DNA of 64,000 nt from Nannocystis bainbridge (GTDB lineage Bacteria; Myxococcota_A; Polyangia; Nannocystales; Nannocystaceae), in the NCBI RefSeq assembly GCF_028368995.1, contig NZ_JAQNDL010000003.1, positions 864,001 to 928,000 of the forward strand, read 5' to 3'. The position numbers were made by a program, and so were the translations under genes. Position 1 is the stretch's first letter. Each line of letters begins with the position of its first letter. The notes under the pieces are model-generated. The model made no database searches and was not told the origin of the DNA. It saw nothing but the letters and a program-made list of their open reading frames with translations. Positions 49,538 through 59,130 of the stretch are shown here, piece after piece.

Positions 49538-50128
49538 ATGATTCGGCGCTATAGTTTGGGCTCGATGACCGCCGCTCGCGTGACGTCCTTCTCCGCCGGT
49601 AGCACTCGCTGGGCGCTGTCCGCCGTCGCCGCGGCCGCGCTCGTGGCCGCGACCTCCGCCGACGCCGCCGCCGACGCGCCGAAAATCTCCACCAAGATCA
49701 CCGCCAAGGGCGAAGTGGTCGCCAGCGTGACCCTCGCCGTCGCGCCGACCGCCGTGCGCGAGGTCCTCGGCAAGGCCGAGCGCTCGCACGGTCTGTCGCC
49801 CTTCACGGTGTCGGCCAAGGCCACCCCGGACGGCAACTGCGAGCGCGTCAAGCTCAAGACCCGCGGGCTGCTGTCCCCCTTCGAGCTCGAGACGCGCCGC
49901 TGCCCGACCGCCCACGGCTGGAAAGAGACGCTGATCGCCTCGGAGCACTTCGTCGAGTACTGGAACGAATGGGTGGTCGAGGACGCCAGCACCGGCGGCA
50001 CGACGGTCACCTTCCGGACCCGCACCATGCCCAACGTGGCGGTCCCCGAGGCGATCATCCAGTCGGAGACCAGGCGCGTGCTGGCCAAGCTGATGCACAA
50101 CCTCTCGGCCGCCGTCGGCGGCGGCTGA
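49538..50128 (+). CDS. Secreted SRPBCC/START-like protein
   Basis: Signal peptide; VAPTAVREVL...NEWVVE...GGTTVTF...terminal helix; start may be 49565. Confidence 0.65.
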   Translation: MIRRYSLGSMTAARVTSFSAGSTRWALSAVAAAALVAATSADAAADAPKISTKITAKGEVVASVTLAVAPTAVREVLGKAERSHGLSPFTVSAKATPDGNCERVKLKTRGLLSPFELETRRCPTAHGWKETLIASEHFVEYWNEWVVEDASTGGTTVTFRTRTMPNVAVPEAIIQSETRRVLAKLMHNLSAAVGGG

Positions 50129-50168
50129 GCACCGGGGCGGCCGCGCCGCGGTCGCCCGATGACTGTTG

Positions 50169-50248
50169 GGACATGCCCTCCTGGGCATGTCCCAATCATC
50201 ATGTCCCTATCGACATGTCCTTTTGACCATGTCACATGGGGCATCTTC
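50169..50248. repeat. 14-bp-period GGACATGTCC-like array (6 units)
   Basis: CATG 50172, 50186, 50200, 50214, 50228 and CATC 50242; between convergent genes. Confidence 0.9.
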
Positions 50249-50269
50249 TGGCACCCCATCGACGCCGGC

Positions 50270-50746
50270 TCAGGTCGGCGGCACGAAGAAGCTGCTGAGC
50301 GACTCGCGGATCTTCCACCCGCCCGGCGTCTTCACGTACTTGTCGGCGTAGCCGCCGCAGGTCTCGCTCACCCCGGCCCCGGGCGGGCTCTGCGGCACCG
50401 ACTTGATGAGGAAGTACCACGACCCGGTCGCCGCATGATCGCCGACCTCGAGGATCGGGCTGACGATATAATGGGTGGTCCACCGGGTCGCCTGCGGCAG
50501 AATGTTCTCGCAGGCATTTAATAATTGGGCCCGCCCCTCGTAGCGCCCGAACGGCCCGAGGTCGAGGATCCCGTCGACCGTAAAAAGGTCGGCGAGCGCC
50601 GCGGCGCTGGCCGCCCCCGGATGATTGAACACGGCGTCGGCCTTGCGGGCGTACTCCGCCTTCAACGCCTCGATCTCCGTCCGGCTCACCAGTCGCTTCA
50701 GCCGCTTCTTCTGCTCGTCATCCGCAAGATCCGTCAATTTGTTCAC
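50270..50746 (-). CDS. SnoaL/NTF2-like protein
   Basis: EIEALKAEYARKAD...LFTVDG...ATGSWY...GGYADKYVKTPGGWKI; GTG start with AAGGAG RBS. Confidence 0.88.
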   Translation of the reverse strand: MNKLTDLADDEQKKRLKRLVSRTEIEALKAEYARKADAVFNHPGAASAAALADLFTVDGILDLGPFGRYEGRAQLLNACENILPQATRWTTHYIVSPILEVGDHAATGSWYFLIKSVPQSPPGAGVSETCGGYADKYVKTPGGWKIRESLSSFFVPPT

Positions 50747-50858
50747 ACTCCTTCGCCACGGTATCACGGGCCCACCGACCGGATCGCCGCACTCGTAAAC
50801 AGCCGTGAGCGCCCGCGTCCGTGGATCGGCGGCTCGCCGGCAGGTACGCTGCGAGCCC

Positions 50859-51368
50859 ATGGCCTCCGAGGACGAGCTGTTCGGCACCTGGATCGAGGAC
50901 CCGCCCGAGCCCGATCTGGATGATGACGACGACGATGTCGACGACTCGATGCAGCTCCACGCGCTCGTGCTCGGCCGCGACGCCGCGGGTCGAGGGCTCG
51001 CGCGCTACGGGCAGATCTACGCCTCCAATCACGGCACCGACGAGCAATACGGCGAGGGCACGTTCCGCTGCGTCCAGGGCGGGCTCGTCGTCGACCTGCC
51101 CGCCCTCGGCGACTGGAGCGACGCCGCGGGCCTCGGCTACGAATCGCGGCGCTCGCAGGTCCGCGCGCGCCGCTTCGAGTTCATGCGCAGCGTCGTCGAC
51201 GGCGAAGCGATCGTGCTGACGAGCCACCTCGACCCCGGCTTCCCAAGAGTCCCGCCGGCGCGCTTCGTGCGAGTGACCGACCCGAGCGCCGAGCTCGCGC
51301 AGCTCGACGCCCTGGCCGAGCGCGCCCGCGTGCGCCAGGGCGGCCTCGCCGACCGCGGCGCCCCATGA
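50859..51368 (+). CDS. Hypothetical protein
   Basis: MASEDELFGTWIED...; codon usage typical of this genome. Confidence 0.65.
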   Translation: MASEDELFGTWIEDPPEPDLDDDDDDVDDSMQLHALVLGRDAAGRGLARYGQIYASNHGTDEQYGEGTFRCVQGGLVVDLPALGDWSDAAGLGYESRRSQVRARRFEFMRSVVDGEAIVLTSHLDPGFPRVPPARFVRVTDPSAELAQLDALAERARVRQGGLADRGAP

Positions 51369-51487
51369 TCACATGCCTCTTTAGCCATGTCCGAAGCGAC
51401 ATCTATGTAGAGCCCGGCACGTCCACTCCGCGCGGCCTCGACGCGGCGGCAACATGTCCACGAGGACATGTCTCTTCAGCCATGCAT
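51369..51487. repeat. Two 3-unit 14-bp-period CATG arrays
   Basis: CATG 51372, CATG 51386, CATC 51400; CATG 51453, 51467, 51481. Confidence 0.8.
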
Positions 51488-51664
51488 TGATTCGGCGGGA
51501 CCTACACGCAGCGCGGCATACCGCACGATGCAAGCCTGTGGATCGGGTCACGCGGCGGATTGCCCGGCGCGCGAGCTGATGAAGAATGGGATAAAGACCG
51601 CGGATATCGGCGCCCGGGGCAGAGCATGCGCCCGGGTGCTCCCTGCCGTCATCGGAGCTGTGCC

Positions 51665-52594
51665 ATGTCGTTATCCAACCACGTATTGCTCACCACCAGC
51701 CTCGTCCTCGCCGTCCCATTCGTCCACGAATGCGACCTCGACATACCCGTCGAACAAGAGACAGTCGACGAGCCCGGCGTGTGCGGGGATGGCCTGCTCG
51801 CCATCGGCGAGCGCTGTGACGACGGCAACCTCGCGGCCGGCGACGGCTGCGACGGGCTGTGCGGGCTCGAGGCCGTCGAGTTCCCGTACACCGGCGCCGT
51901 GCAGAGCTACATCGTCCCGCCCGGGGTCACCCGCCTGCGGCTCGAAGTCTGGGGCGCGGCCGGCGGCACGACGACGTCCGCCGTCTGCGACCCGCCGGAC
52001 ATCGGCGGCCTCGGCGGCCGCGCCGTCGGCGAGCTCGCGGTCGAGCCCGGCCAGACGCTCGCGGTGCGGGTCGGCGGCGCGGGCGGTGCCGGCGACGCCC
52101 CTGGCTACAACGGCGGCGGCGGCAGCTGCCCCACGCTCGCGGTCTGCTCGAGCGGCGGCGGCGCGACCGACATCCGCGCCGGCGACGACAGCCTCGAAGC
52201 TCGCATCATCGTCGGCGGCGGCGGCGGCGGGGCCGAGTTCTCCTGCGGCGGCCACGGCGGCGGCCACGGCGGCGGCCTCGAGGGCACCCCCGGCCTCGGC
52301 GGCGACGAGGTCCTGGCCGACGGCGGCGGCGGCACGCAGGCGAGCGGCGGCGCAGGCGGGGACTCCGACAGCAGCGTCGGCAGCCCCGGCGGCTTCGGCT
52401 TCGGCGGCAAGGGCCCCGAAGTGGTGGGCAACACCCACGGCGGCGGCGGCGGCGGCGGCTGGTACGGCGGCGGCGGCGGCGGCGACGACGGCCACGGCGG
52501 CGGCGGCTCGTCCTACCTCGGCACCCTCGCCGAAGCCGCCACCGAGCCCGGCGCGCGCGCCGGCGACGGCCTGGCCGTGATCACCCCGCTGTGA
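51665..52594 (+). CDS. Secreted protein with DUF4215 (myxobacterial Cys-rich repeat) and glycine-rich domain
   Basis: CGDG...ERCDDGNLAAGDGCDGLC; YTGAVQSYIVP...WGAAGG...GGGGGWYGGGGG...GGGGSSY. Confidence 0.85.
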   Translation: MSLSNHVLLTTSLVLAVPFVHECDLDIPVEQETVDEPGVCGDGLLAIGERCDDGNLAAGDGCDGLCGLEAVEFPYTGAVQSYIVPPGVTRLRLEVWGAAGGTTTSAVCDPPDIGGLGGRAVGELAVEPGQTLAVRVGGAGGAGDAPGYNGGGGSCPTLAVCSSGGGATDIRAGDDSLEARIIVGGGGGGAEFSCGGHGGGHGGGLEGTPGLGGDEVLADGGGGTQASGGAGGDSDSSVGSPGGFGFGGKGPEVVGNTHGGGGGGGWYGGGGGGDDGHGGGGSSYLGTLAEAATEPGARAGDGLAVITPL

Positions 52595-52605
52595 GCGGTG
52601 CCTTC

Positions 52606-52685
52606 GGGCATGTCCGTTCGGACATGCCCCTCAGAAAATGTTCCGAAGGACATGGCCGTTCGCGCATGTCCTTCAAGCCATCCAG
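52606..52685. repeat. 14-bp-period GGACATGTCC-like array (6 units)
   Basis: CATG 52609, CATG 52623, AATG 52637, CATG 52651, CATG 52665, CATC 52679; between convergent genes. Confidence 0.88.
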
Positions 52686-52741
52686 CGAACGGACACCAGG
52701 GGCAGCGCCGCGGGGTCCGGCCCCGCGGGCGCTCCGGCTCG

Positions 52742-55261
52742 CTAGCCGCCCTCGCTCGCCTTGCGGGCCGCGTCCTCGATCCGGCGCTGCTCCGCGGCGT
52801 CGATCACCCCGTCGCGCAGCGCCCGGTCGACCTCGCGGCGGACCGCCTCGCCGGCGCGCACGCGAGCGCGCTGGGCTCGCTTGGCCTCCTCGGTCGCGCG
52901 CCGGCTCTCGGCCTGCGCCCGCCGGCCATCGGCCTGCACCCGCCGGGCCTCGGCCTCGACCTGCACCCGCTCGCGGTCGGCGCGACGCTGCTCGCTCAGC
53001 ACCTCGCGCTGGGCCGCCCGCTGCGCCTCGTCGAAGCCGCGCTGGCGCTCACGGTCGGCGCGCTGCAGCTCGCGGGCCGACGCTCGCAGCGAGCGCTCGA
53101 CCTCGCGTTCGACCTCCGCGGTGAGGTCGTCGACGTCGAGGTGCTCGAGCGCGTCGGCCAGGCCGGCGAGGTCGAGGTGCTCCACCTTGCGCTCGACCTC
53201 GGCCGCGATCTGCTCGGCGCGACCGGTCAGCTCGGCCAGCTGCTCCGGGCTCAGCTCGGGCGCGCGGCGGGCCAGCTCGGCCGCGCGGGCCTTGAGCGCC
53301 TCGACCTTGGCCGCGTCGAGCTTGCTCGCCTGCTTGGCGATCGCCGCCGCCGCTCGCTCGAGATCGCGGAGCTGCTTGACGTCGATCACCTTGGCCTGGA
53401 CCGCCAGCTTGCCGCCCTGGCGCAGCAGCTTCTCGGTCGTGCGCGGGACCACCCGCACGTGCGAGCGCGACGGCCCGTGATCGTCGGAGCAGCTGTCGTC
53501 GTGCTCGACCGTCACCGCCAGGCGAACCCCGGGCGGCGTCGGCGGCGTCGGCGGCGTCGGCGGGCGCGGGCTCACCACGATCTTCGGCGGCGTCGGCGGC
53601 GTCGGCGGGCGCGAGCCCACCGCGAACTTCGGCGGCGTCGGCGGCATCGCCATCACCAGCGGTGGCGTCGGCATCCCGCGCATCGCCGGCTCCGGCACGA
53701 ACACGTGCATTGGCGCGCTCGGCCCGCTCTCGTACTGAAGTCGCACCGCCTTGCGCTCATGTCGCTCGGCGCGACGCAGCGCGCGGCGTTGCTTGACCGT
53801 CGGCGACGGCTCGCCCATCGCGCCCGGGGGCGGCGGCGCGGCCACGCCGAGCAGCGACCCCGGCGGCACCGGCGGCGCCGGGGCCACGCCGAGCACCGTC
53901 GTCGGCGCTGCCCCGCTCGTCGCCGCGAACACCGGCTCCGGCATCAGCTCGGGCGGCTCGTCGGGCGCGGGCGGCTCGGGCACCTCGGCGCGCGCGATCG
54001 ACAGCGAAAGACCCGGCGCGCCGAGCCCGACCATCGCCAGCAGCGCCGCGCCCAGCAGCCCGCGCCAGCGCCTGGCCCAGCGGCCGCGGTCGCGCGTGCG
54101 GGCGTCGAGCAGGCGCTCGACCCGACGGACCAGCAGCGAGCTGCGCGCCGCCATCGGGCTGACGAACTTTTCGAACCTGTCCGATCGGCCAGGCCACTGC
54201 GCGACCTCGGTCAGACAGCGAGCCAGGTGCAGCCCCGACCCGGTGTGGCGCACCGCCCAGTCGTCACACAGCTCCTCGGCCGCCTCCTGCATGCCGCGGC
54301 GGGCCACCCGGTTCAGCGGCTGGAAGAACAGCGCCGCCTCGAGCACCGACGCCAGCACCTGCCAGGCCGGATCGCGGCGCAGCACGTGGGCCAGCTCGTG
54401 GGCCAGCATCGCCTCCTGCTGGCGCGGCGCCAGCCCGTGCGCCCGCGCCGGCACCACGATCTCGCGGCTGGCCAGGGCCATCGGCGAACCTACCCGTTCG
54501 GACATGGTCAATCGGACACTGTCCTGAGGGACACGTACGTGCGCCATCAGCCGCGCCAGCCGCTCGCGCAGCGGGCCCTGACGCAGCGGCGTGCGCCCGC
54601 GGAGCCCGCGACGCAGCCGCACCGCGGTCGCCCCGAGCCGGCCGAGCGACAGCGTCGCCCCGAGCCCGAACAGACCGGCGAAGATCCACGCGGCCAGCCC
54701 GGCCTGCGACTCGCCCCCCGCCGCGACCACGGGCCCCGGCGCGAGCGGCGGGGCCGGCGGCACGAACGACGGCGCCGCGAACACCACCGGCTCGAACTCG
54801 CCGATCGTCGCCGACTCGACGAACACGACGTGCTCGACCTGCACGTGCCCCGGCGCGGCCAACATCGCCGTCACCTCCGCGTCGGCGAGCAGCATCCCCG
54901 GCGGCTCGCAGCCGACGCACCCGTGCACCTGCGGCATCGCCACTGCGACCTCCAACGGCGGCGGCGCCATCGCGGTGGCCGACATCGGCGGCGGCCCGGG
55001 CGGCCCCAGCGAGCCCGCCTCGACGTTGACGCTGCCCAGCAGCGGCTCGACCCCGAGCCCGGTCTGCAGCGTCGCCGTGAACAGCCCGCCGACCAGCGAC
55101 ATCTTCCAAAGCAAGCTGCGGGTCAGCGCGTCGAGCGGGAGGAAGCGGGTGAATGCCCACACCCCGCCGACCAGCACCGAGCTGTGCACGAAGTACGTGC
55201 CCAGCCAGCTCACCACCGTGTGCACCGCCGGGTCGGCGAGAGAGGCTGCAGGATCAAGCAT
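52742..55261 (-). CDS. BlaR1/MecR1-like M56 metallopeptidase with Pro-rich linker and coiled-coil C-terminus
   Basis: TM helices, LAHELAHVLRRD, FFQPL, EELCDDWAV; overlaps the BlaI-family gene. Confidence 0.9.
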   Translation of the reverse strand: MLDPAASLADPAVHTVVSWLGTYFVHSSVLVGGVWAFTRFLPLDALTRSLLWKMSLVGGLFTATLQTGLGVEPLLGSVNVEAGSLGPPGPPPMSATAMAPPPLEVAVAMPQVHGCVGCEPPGMLLADAEVTAMLAAPGHVQVEHVVFVESATIGEFEPVVFAAPSFVPPAPPLAPGPVVAAGGESQAGLAAWIFAGLFGLGATLSLGRLGATAVRLRRGLRGRTPLRQGPLRERLARLMAHVRVPQDSVRLTMSERVGSPMALASREIVVPARAHGLAPRQQEAMLAHELAHVLRRDPAWQVLASVLEAALFFQPLNRVARRGMQEAAEELCDDWAVRHTGSGLHLARCLTEVAQWPGRSDRFEKFVSPMAARSSLLVRRVERLLDARTRDRGRWARRWRGLLGAALLAMVGLGAPGLSLSIARAEVPEPPAPDEPPELMPEPVFAATSGAAPTTVLGVAPAPPVPPGSLLGVAAPPPPGAMGEPSPTVKQRRALRRAERHERKAVRLQYESGPSAPMHVFVPEPAMRGMPTPPLVMAMPPTPPKFAVGSRPPTPPTPPKIVVSPRPPTPPTPPTPPGVRLAVTVEHDDSCSDDHGPSRSHVRVVPRTTEKLLRQGGKLAVQAKVIDVKQLRDLERAAAAIAKQASKLDAAKVEALKARAAELARRAPELSPEQLAELTGRAEQIAAEVERKVEHLDLAGLADALEHLDVDDLTAEVEREVERSLRASARELQRADRERQRGFDEAQRAAQREVLSEQRRADRERVQVEAEARRVQADGRRAQAESRRATEEAKRAQRARVRAGEAVRREVDRALRDGVIDAAEQRRIEDAARKASEGG

Positions 55262-55655
55262 CGTCGTCGTCCTCCGCTTCGCCGGATCTCGCACCGAGCA
55301 GCTGCTTGAGGCGCGCGACGTCGTCCGGATCGACATCCTTGTCCTCGACCAGATGGCTGACGAGCGCCGACACGTCGCCGCCGAAGAAATAATCGGTGAC
55401 CCGCGACAGCATCGACCGCCGCACCTCGTCCTCGCTGACGAGCGCGCGATAGATGAACTGCCGCCCCTCGACGCGGTGCGTCACGGTGCCCTTCTTCTCG
55501 AGCCGCGACAGCATCGTCGACACCGTGGTCGGCGCGAGCTCGCGATCCTGCTCGAGCAAGGCCGTGTGGACATCGGTCGCGGTCGCCTCGCCGCGGTCCC
55601 ACAAGATCCGCAGCAGGCCGAGCTGCAGATCGCTGAGTTGGTGTGACTCGCTCAT
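55254..55655 (-). CDS. BlaI/MecI/CopY-family repressor
   Basis: LSDLQLGLLRILW...LAPTTVSTMLSRLEKKG...GRQFIYRA...FFGGD. Confidence 0.93.
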   Translation of the reverse strand: MSESHQLSDLQLGLLRILWDRGEATATDVHTALLEQDRELAPTTVSTMLSRLEKKGTVTHRVEGRQFIYRALVSEDEVRRSMLSRVTDYFFGGDVSALVSHLVEDKDVDPDDVARLKQLLGARSGEAEDDDDA

Positions 55656-55670
55656 GAACGACAGCCGTAG

Positions 55671-55695
55671 TACTACACGTGTAGTAAGGGGTCAA
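55671..55695 (-). promoter_or_regulatory. BlaI/CopY operator overlapping a sigma70-like promoter
   Basis: Perfect palindrome TACTACACGTGTAGTA (TACAnnTGTA core) at 55671-55686; TTGACC on the - strand at 55690-55695. Confidence 0.85.
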
Positions 55696-56006
55696 GCGAG
55701 GTGCAGCGGTCGCAACGCCCTACCCGGATGCCCGCCCAGGAGGCCCCCCGCGGCCCCTGGTGCCCACCTGCCGCCCGCGCGGAGTCGCGCAGAGCACCCC
55801 ACCTTCCTCGTTCGGACCGCATTGTCCGACCTCGAGTTTCACCCGGCTCGCCTTCCTCTTCATTGCGCGGTCGTCGAAGCACGCACCACACTTCGCGTTC
55901 GATCACCGCTCGCACACGGGCATCGACGAGCGCGCACGAGCCCATACCGCGTCCTGCCGCCCCGCCTCGCTTGTGGGCCTCGCGGCCCGCGGATACGCTG
56001 GCGATC

Positions 56007-57452
56007 GTGAACCCTCCCGGCGTTCCATACGACGATGTGGCTCTCGGGCTCAGGGCGTCCACCGGCCACCGCATCGCCGGCGCGCTGATGATCGTCAACG
56101 CGGCGCTGGTCCTGTGCGAGACCTACATGATGCCCGCGTCGACCCGCGGTGATCTGCTGACCGGCAGCTTCCCGATCGCCGCCCTCATCGACGTCGCGCT
56201 CGGCGTCAGCCTGCTGAGCGGCAGCACTGGCGCAGTCACCCTCAGCATCGTGCGCGTCGGCCTCGGCCTCGTCCTGTTCACCTTGCTCCGCGCGCTCACT
56301 GGCGAGTGGCTGGCCGCCGGCATGCAGGTCGGGGTCAGCCTCGCCTTTTTGCTGCTGCTCGTCGGTCACGCCAAGCGCGTGCGCATCGGCCTCGCCGCGC
56401 TGCTGTTCGGCCTCTACCTCGCGCTCGAGAGCTTCGGCCTCTACATCCTCGTCACCGGCCAGAACCCGCTCGCCCACGCCGTGATGAGCGCGCGCGGCGA
56501 GCTGACCGGCGAGCCGGCCGGCGACGTCGTCGGCGGGCTCGTCGACTACCGCCTGCGCGCCCCCTCGGACCGCTGGTATCTGCGCACCGACGAGGCCGCC
56601 CGGCGCGACAACCCGCTCGCCGATCGCTGGCTCGTCCGCCCCGACCTCGACGCCCACATCCTCATCATCGCCGAGCGCGTGCCCGACACCATGGTCCCGC
56701 TGGCGCCGTTCGTCGACACCGTCGTCGGCAACATGCGCAGCGCCGCCAGCAACTTCGAGCTGATCGACAGCGCGCCGCTGCCCGGTCACCTCGACACCGG
56801 CAAGCTGCTGCACATGCGCGCGAGCGTCGACGGCCAGGACGTCGAGTACCTCGCCGGCCTCGTCACCGCCTACGGCTCGGCCTTCCAGCTGATCGGCTTC
56901 ACCGGCGCGCGCAACTTCGCCGCCGTCGAGCCCGAGCTGCGCGCCGCGATCGAGTCGTTCGTCCTGCCCGCCAGCGCTGCCCTGCCGCAGGGGGCCGGGC
57001 GCGTGGTCGGCAGCGCCGCGCCGTACGCCGTCACCGCCCCCGACGCGCGCTGGATCACCGCCTCGCCCGAGATGCTGGCCCAGCAGAACCCCGACAGCGA
57101 CCGCTGGCTGGTGCGGCCCGACGTCGACGCCCACGTCACCGTCATGCTCGAGCCGCTCGGCGAGGAGACCGCCGTCGACGCGCTGATGCAGCAGCTGCCC
57201 GAGCGCCTGCGCAGCACCTGGCCGACGGCCACCCTGCAGCCCGCCGAGCCGCTCGCCGGCGACCACGCCCAGGGCCAGGTCCTGCACGCCAGCGTCGCCG
57301 GGGCCGCCGGCGCGTTCGAGATCGACTACGCGATCTACGTCGTCGGCCTGCGCGCTTTCCACCTCCTCGCCACCGCCCCCGCCCCCGCCTACCCCGGCGT
57401 GCAGGGCCAGCTGCGCCAGGTCCTGCGCTCCTTCGAGCCGCCCGGCGATTGA
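56007..57452 (+). CDS. Membrane protein with N-terminal TM bundle and two repeated extracytoplasmic domains
   Basis: About 5 hydrophobic helices, then the duplicated motif APxxRW...NPxxDRWLVRPDxDAH. Confidence 0.8.
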   Translation: MNPPGVPYDDVALGLRASTGHRIAGALMIVNAALVLCETYMMPASTRGDLLTGSFPIAALIDVALGVSLLSGSTGAVTLSIVRVGLGLVLFTLLRALTGEWLAAGMQVGVSLAFLLLLVGHAKRVRIGLAALLFGLYLALESFGLYILVTGQNPLAHAVMSARGELTGEPAGDVVGGLVDYRLRAPSDRWYLRTDEAARRDNPLADRWLVRPDLDAHILIIAERVPDTMVPLAPFVDTVVGNMRSAASNFELIDSAPLPGHLDTGKLLHMRASVDGQDVEYLAGLVTAYGSAFQLIGFTGARNFAAVEPELRAAIESFVLPASAALPQGAGRVVGSAAPYAVTAPDARWITASPEMLAQQNPDSDRWLVRPDVDAHVTVMLEPLGEETAVDALMQQLPERLRSTWPTATLQPAEPLAGDHAQGQVLHASVAGAAGAFEIDYAIYVVGLRAFHLLATAPAPAYPGVQGQLRQVLRSFEPPGD

Positions 57453-57455
57453 CCC

Positions 57456-57535
57456 GCGCATGTCCGCTCGAACATGCCCTCGAGGACATGCTCGATCGAG
57501 CATGTCCTCCAAGACATGCCCTTTAAACCATGCGC
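57456..57535. repeat. 14-bp-period GGACATGTCC-like array (6 units)
   Basis: CATG at 57459, 57473, 57487, 57501, 57515, 57529; begins a few bp after the stop codon. Confidence 0.92.
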
Positions 57536-57610
57536 GATCGGGACCCGCGGACGTCTGCGGCCGCGGGCGTGAGGCTTGAATTCGTGTGCGCTTTCGAGTA
57601 CCCCGGAGGC

Positions 57611-58669
57611 ATGCAGGTCCGCCCGCGTCCGTGGCTCGCGCTCGTCGTCTTCAGCACCGCTTGCGCCTCGGGGGGCGAGCCCCAGTCGACCGACTCCGCC
57701 AGCTCCCCGTTCCTCACCGACGGGTTCGAGGACAGCGACAGCACCAGCGGCGGCTTCGACTCCGACACGACGACCACCACCGGCCTGCCCGACCCGACTT
57801 CGACCACCACCAGCACCACCGACCCGGGCGAGTTCACCACCACCACCGGCCCCGAGCCGACCGGCCCCGGGCTGACGACCAGCGGCCCCGACACCACCGA
57901 CGGCACCACCGGCGAGCCGCTCGACCCGTGCCCGCAGATCCGCATCGAAACGCCGGGCGACGTGCTCAACGTCCGCCCGACCCCTTCGACAGCGATGGCC
58001 GCGATCGCCACCGTGGCCGACGGCTCGGTCCACGACGTGGTGGCGATCGTGGCCGGCGAGAGCATCGACGGCGTCGACACCTGGTACCAGATCGCCGGCG
58101 ATTGGCCGGCCGGCTACGTGTTCGCCAACTTCGTCCAGTGCATCCCCGAGCAGGAGCCGCCCGACGAAAACGGGTTCTTCCTGCCGCTGCAGTGCGGCAC
58201 CACCACCACCGTCACGCAGGGAAACAACGGCGACTTCAGCCACAGCGGCAATTCGGCCTACGCGTTCGACTTCTCGCTGTCGACCGGAACCCCGCTGGTG
58301 GCGATCGCCAAGGGCACGGTGTCCAAGCTGTTCGGCGACACCAAGCCCGGCGACCCCTGTTACAACGGCGGCGGCGAGGAGTGCAAGTCGGCCGCCAATT
58401 ACGTGATCCTCCAGCACGAAGACGGCACCGGCTCGGTGTACGCACATTTGAGCGCCGTGCAGGTCAGCGTCGGTCAGGTCGTCGAGCGCGGCGGCGTGGT
58501 CGGACTGACCGGCTCGACCGGCTGGTCGACCGGCCCGCACGCGCACGTCGCCCGCCAGGAGGCCTGCGACTTCGGCTTCTGCCAGTCGATCCCGGTCTCG
58601 TTCGAGGACGTGCCCGACGACGGCGTGCCGGTGACCGGCGAGATGGTCACCTCGCAGAACTGCCCGTGA
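57611..58669 (+). CDS. M23 peptidase lipoprotein with SH3b-like domain
   Basis: STAC lipobox, LNVRPTPS...WYQI, SHSG...AFDF, YAHL, GSTGWSTGPHAH. Confidence 0.9.
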   Translation: MQVRPRPWLALVVFSTACASGGEPQSTDSASSPFLTDGFEDSDSTSGGFDSDTTTTTGLPDPTSTTTSTTDPGEFTTTTGPEPTGPGLTTSGPDTTDGTTGEPLDPCPQIRIETPGDVLNVRPTPSTAMAAIATVADGSVHDVVAIVAGESIDGVDTWYQIAGDWPAGYVFANFVQCIPEQEPPDENGFFLPLQCGTTTTVTQGNNGDFSHSGNSAYAFDFSLSTGTPLVAIAKGTVSKLFGDTKPGDPCYNGGGEECKSAANYVILQHEDGTGSVYAHLSAVQVSVGQVVERGGVVGLTGSTGWSTGPHAHVARQEACDFGFCQSIPVSFEDVPDDGVPVTGEMVTSQNCP

Positions 58670-59130
58670 CCGCCTCCTGGACCCGCTCGCGCCGTTTCAA
58701 TCGCCGGACCGCGCCAAGCTGCGCGCGGTGACGCGGGCCTGGCCGCTGGCCACGCCGCGCGGCACGGTTCGGTGTCGCATGAATGTGATGCCTACACAGG
58801 GCGGGTCGCCACGGCTCGCGCTGTGGGACGCGGCACAGGCCGGCGGTGCACCGATATCAATACCTACACCGGGTATGTCGTTCGGGCCGGGCCGCGCATA
58901 TCGTGGGACGCGGCACAGGTCGGTGGCGCAGGGACGCCAGCGCCGGCGGCTCGATCGCCTGGCGCAGGTCGGCGCTGGGCCCACGCATTCGCGCCGATCC
59001 ATCGGCCTCGGCGCTCGCCCGTGACGCCTCCCGGCGTTCTACCGGGGCTCTCGCCGGCTCTCGGCGCGGATCGCCTGGCCCGCCGCTCGTGCGGTGTGGC
59101 GAGCCGCGGTGACCGGATTAACTTCGGGAC

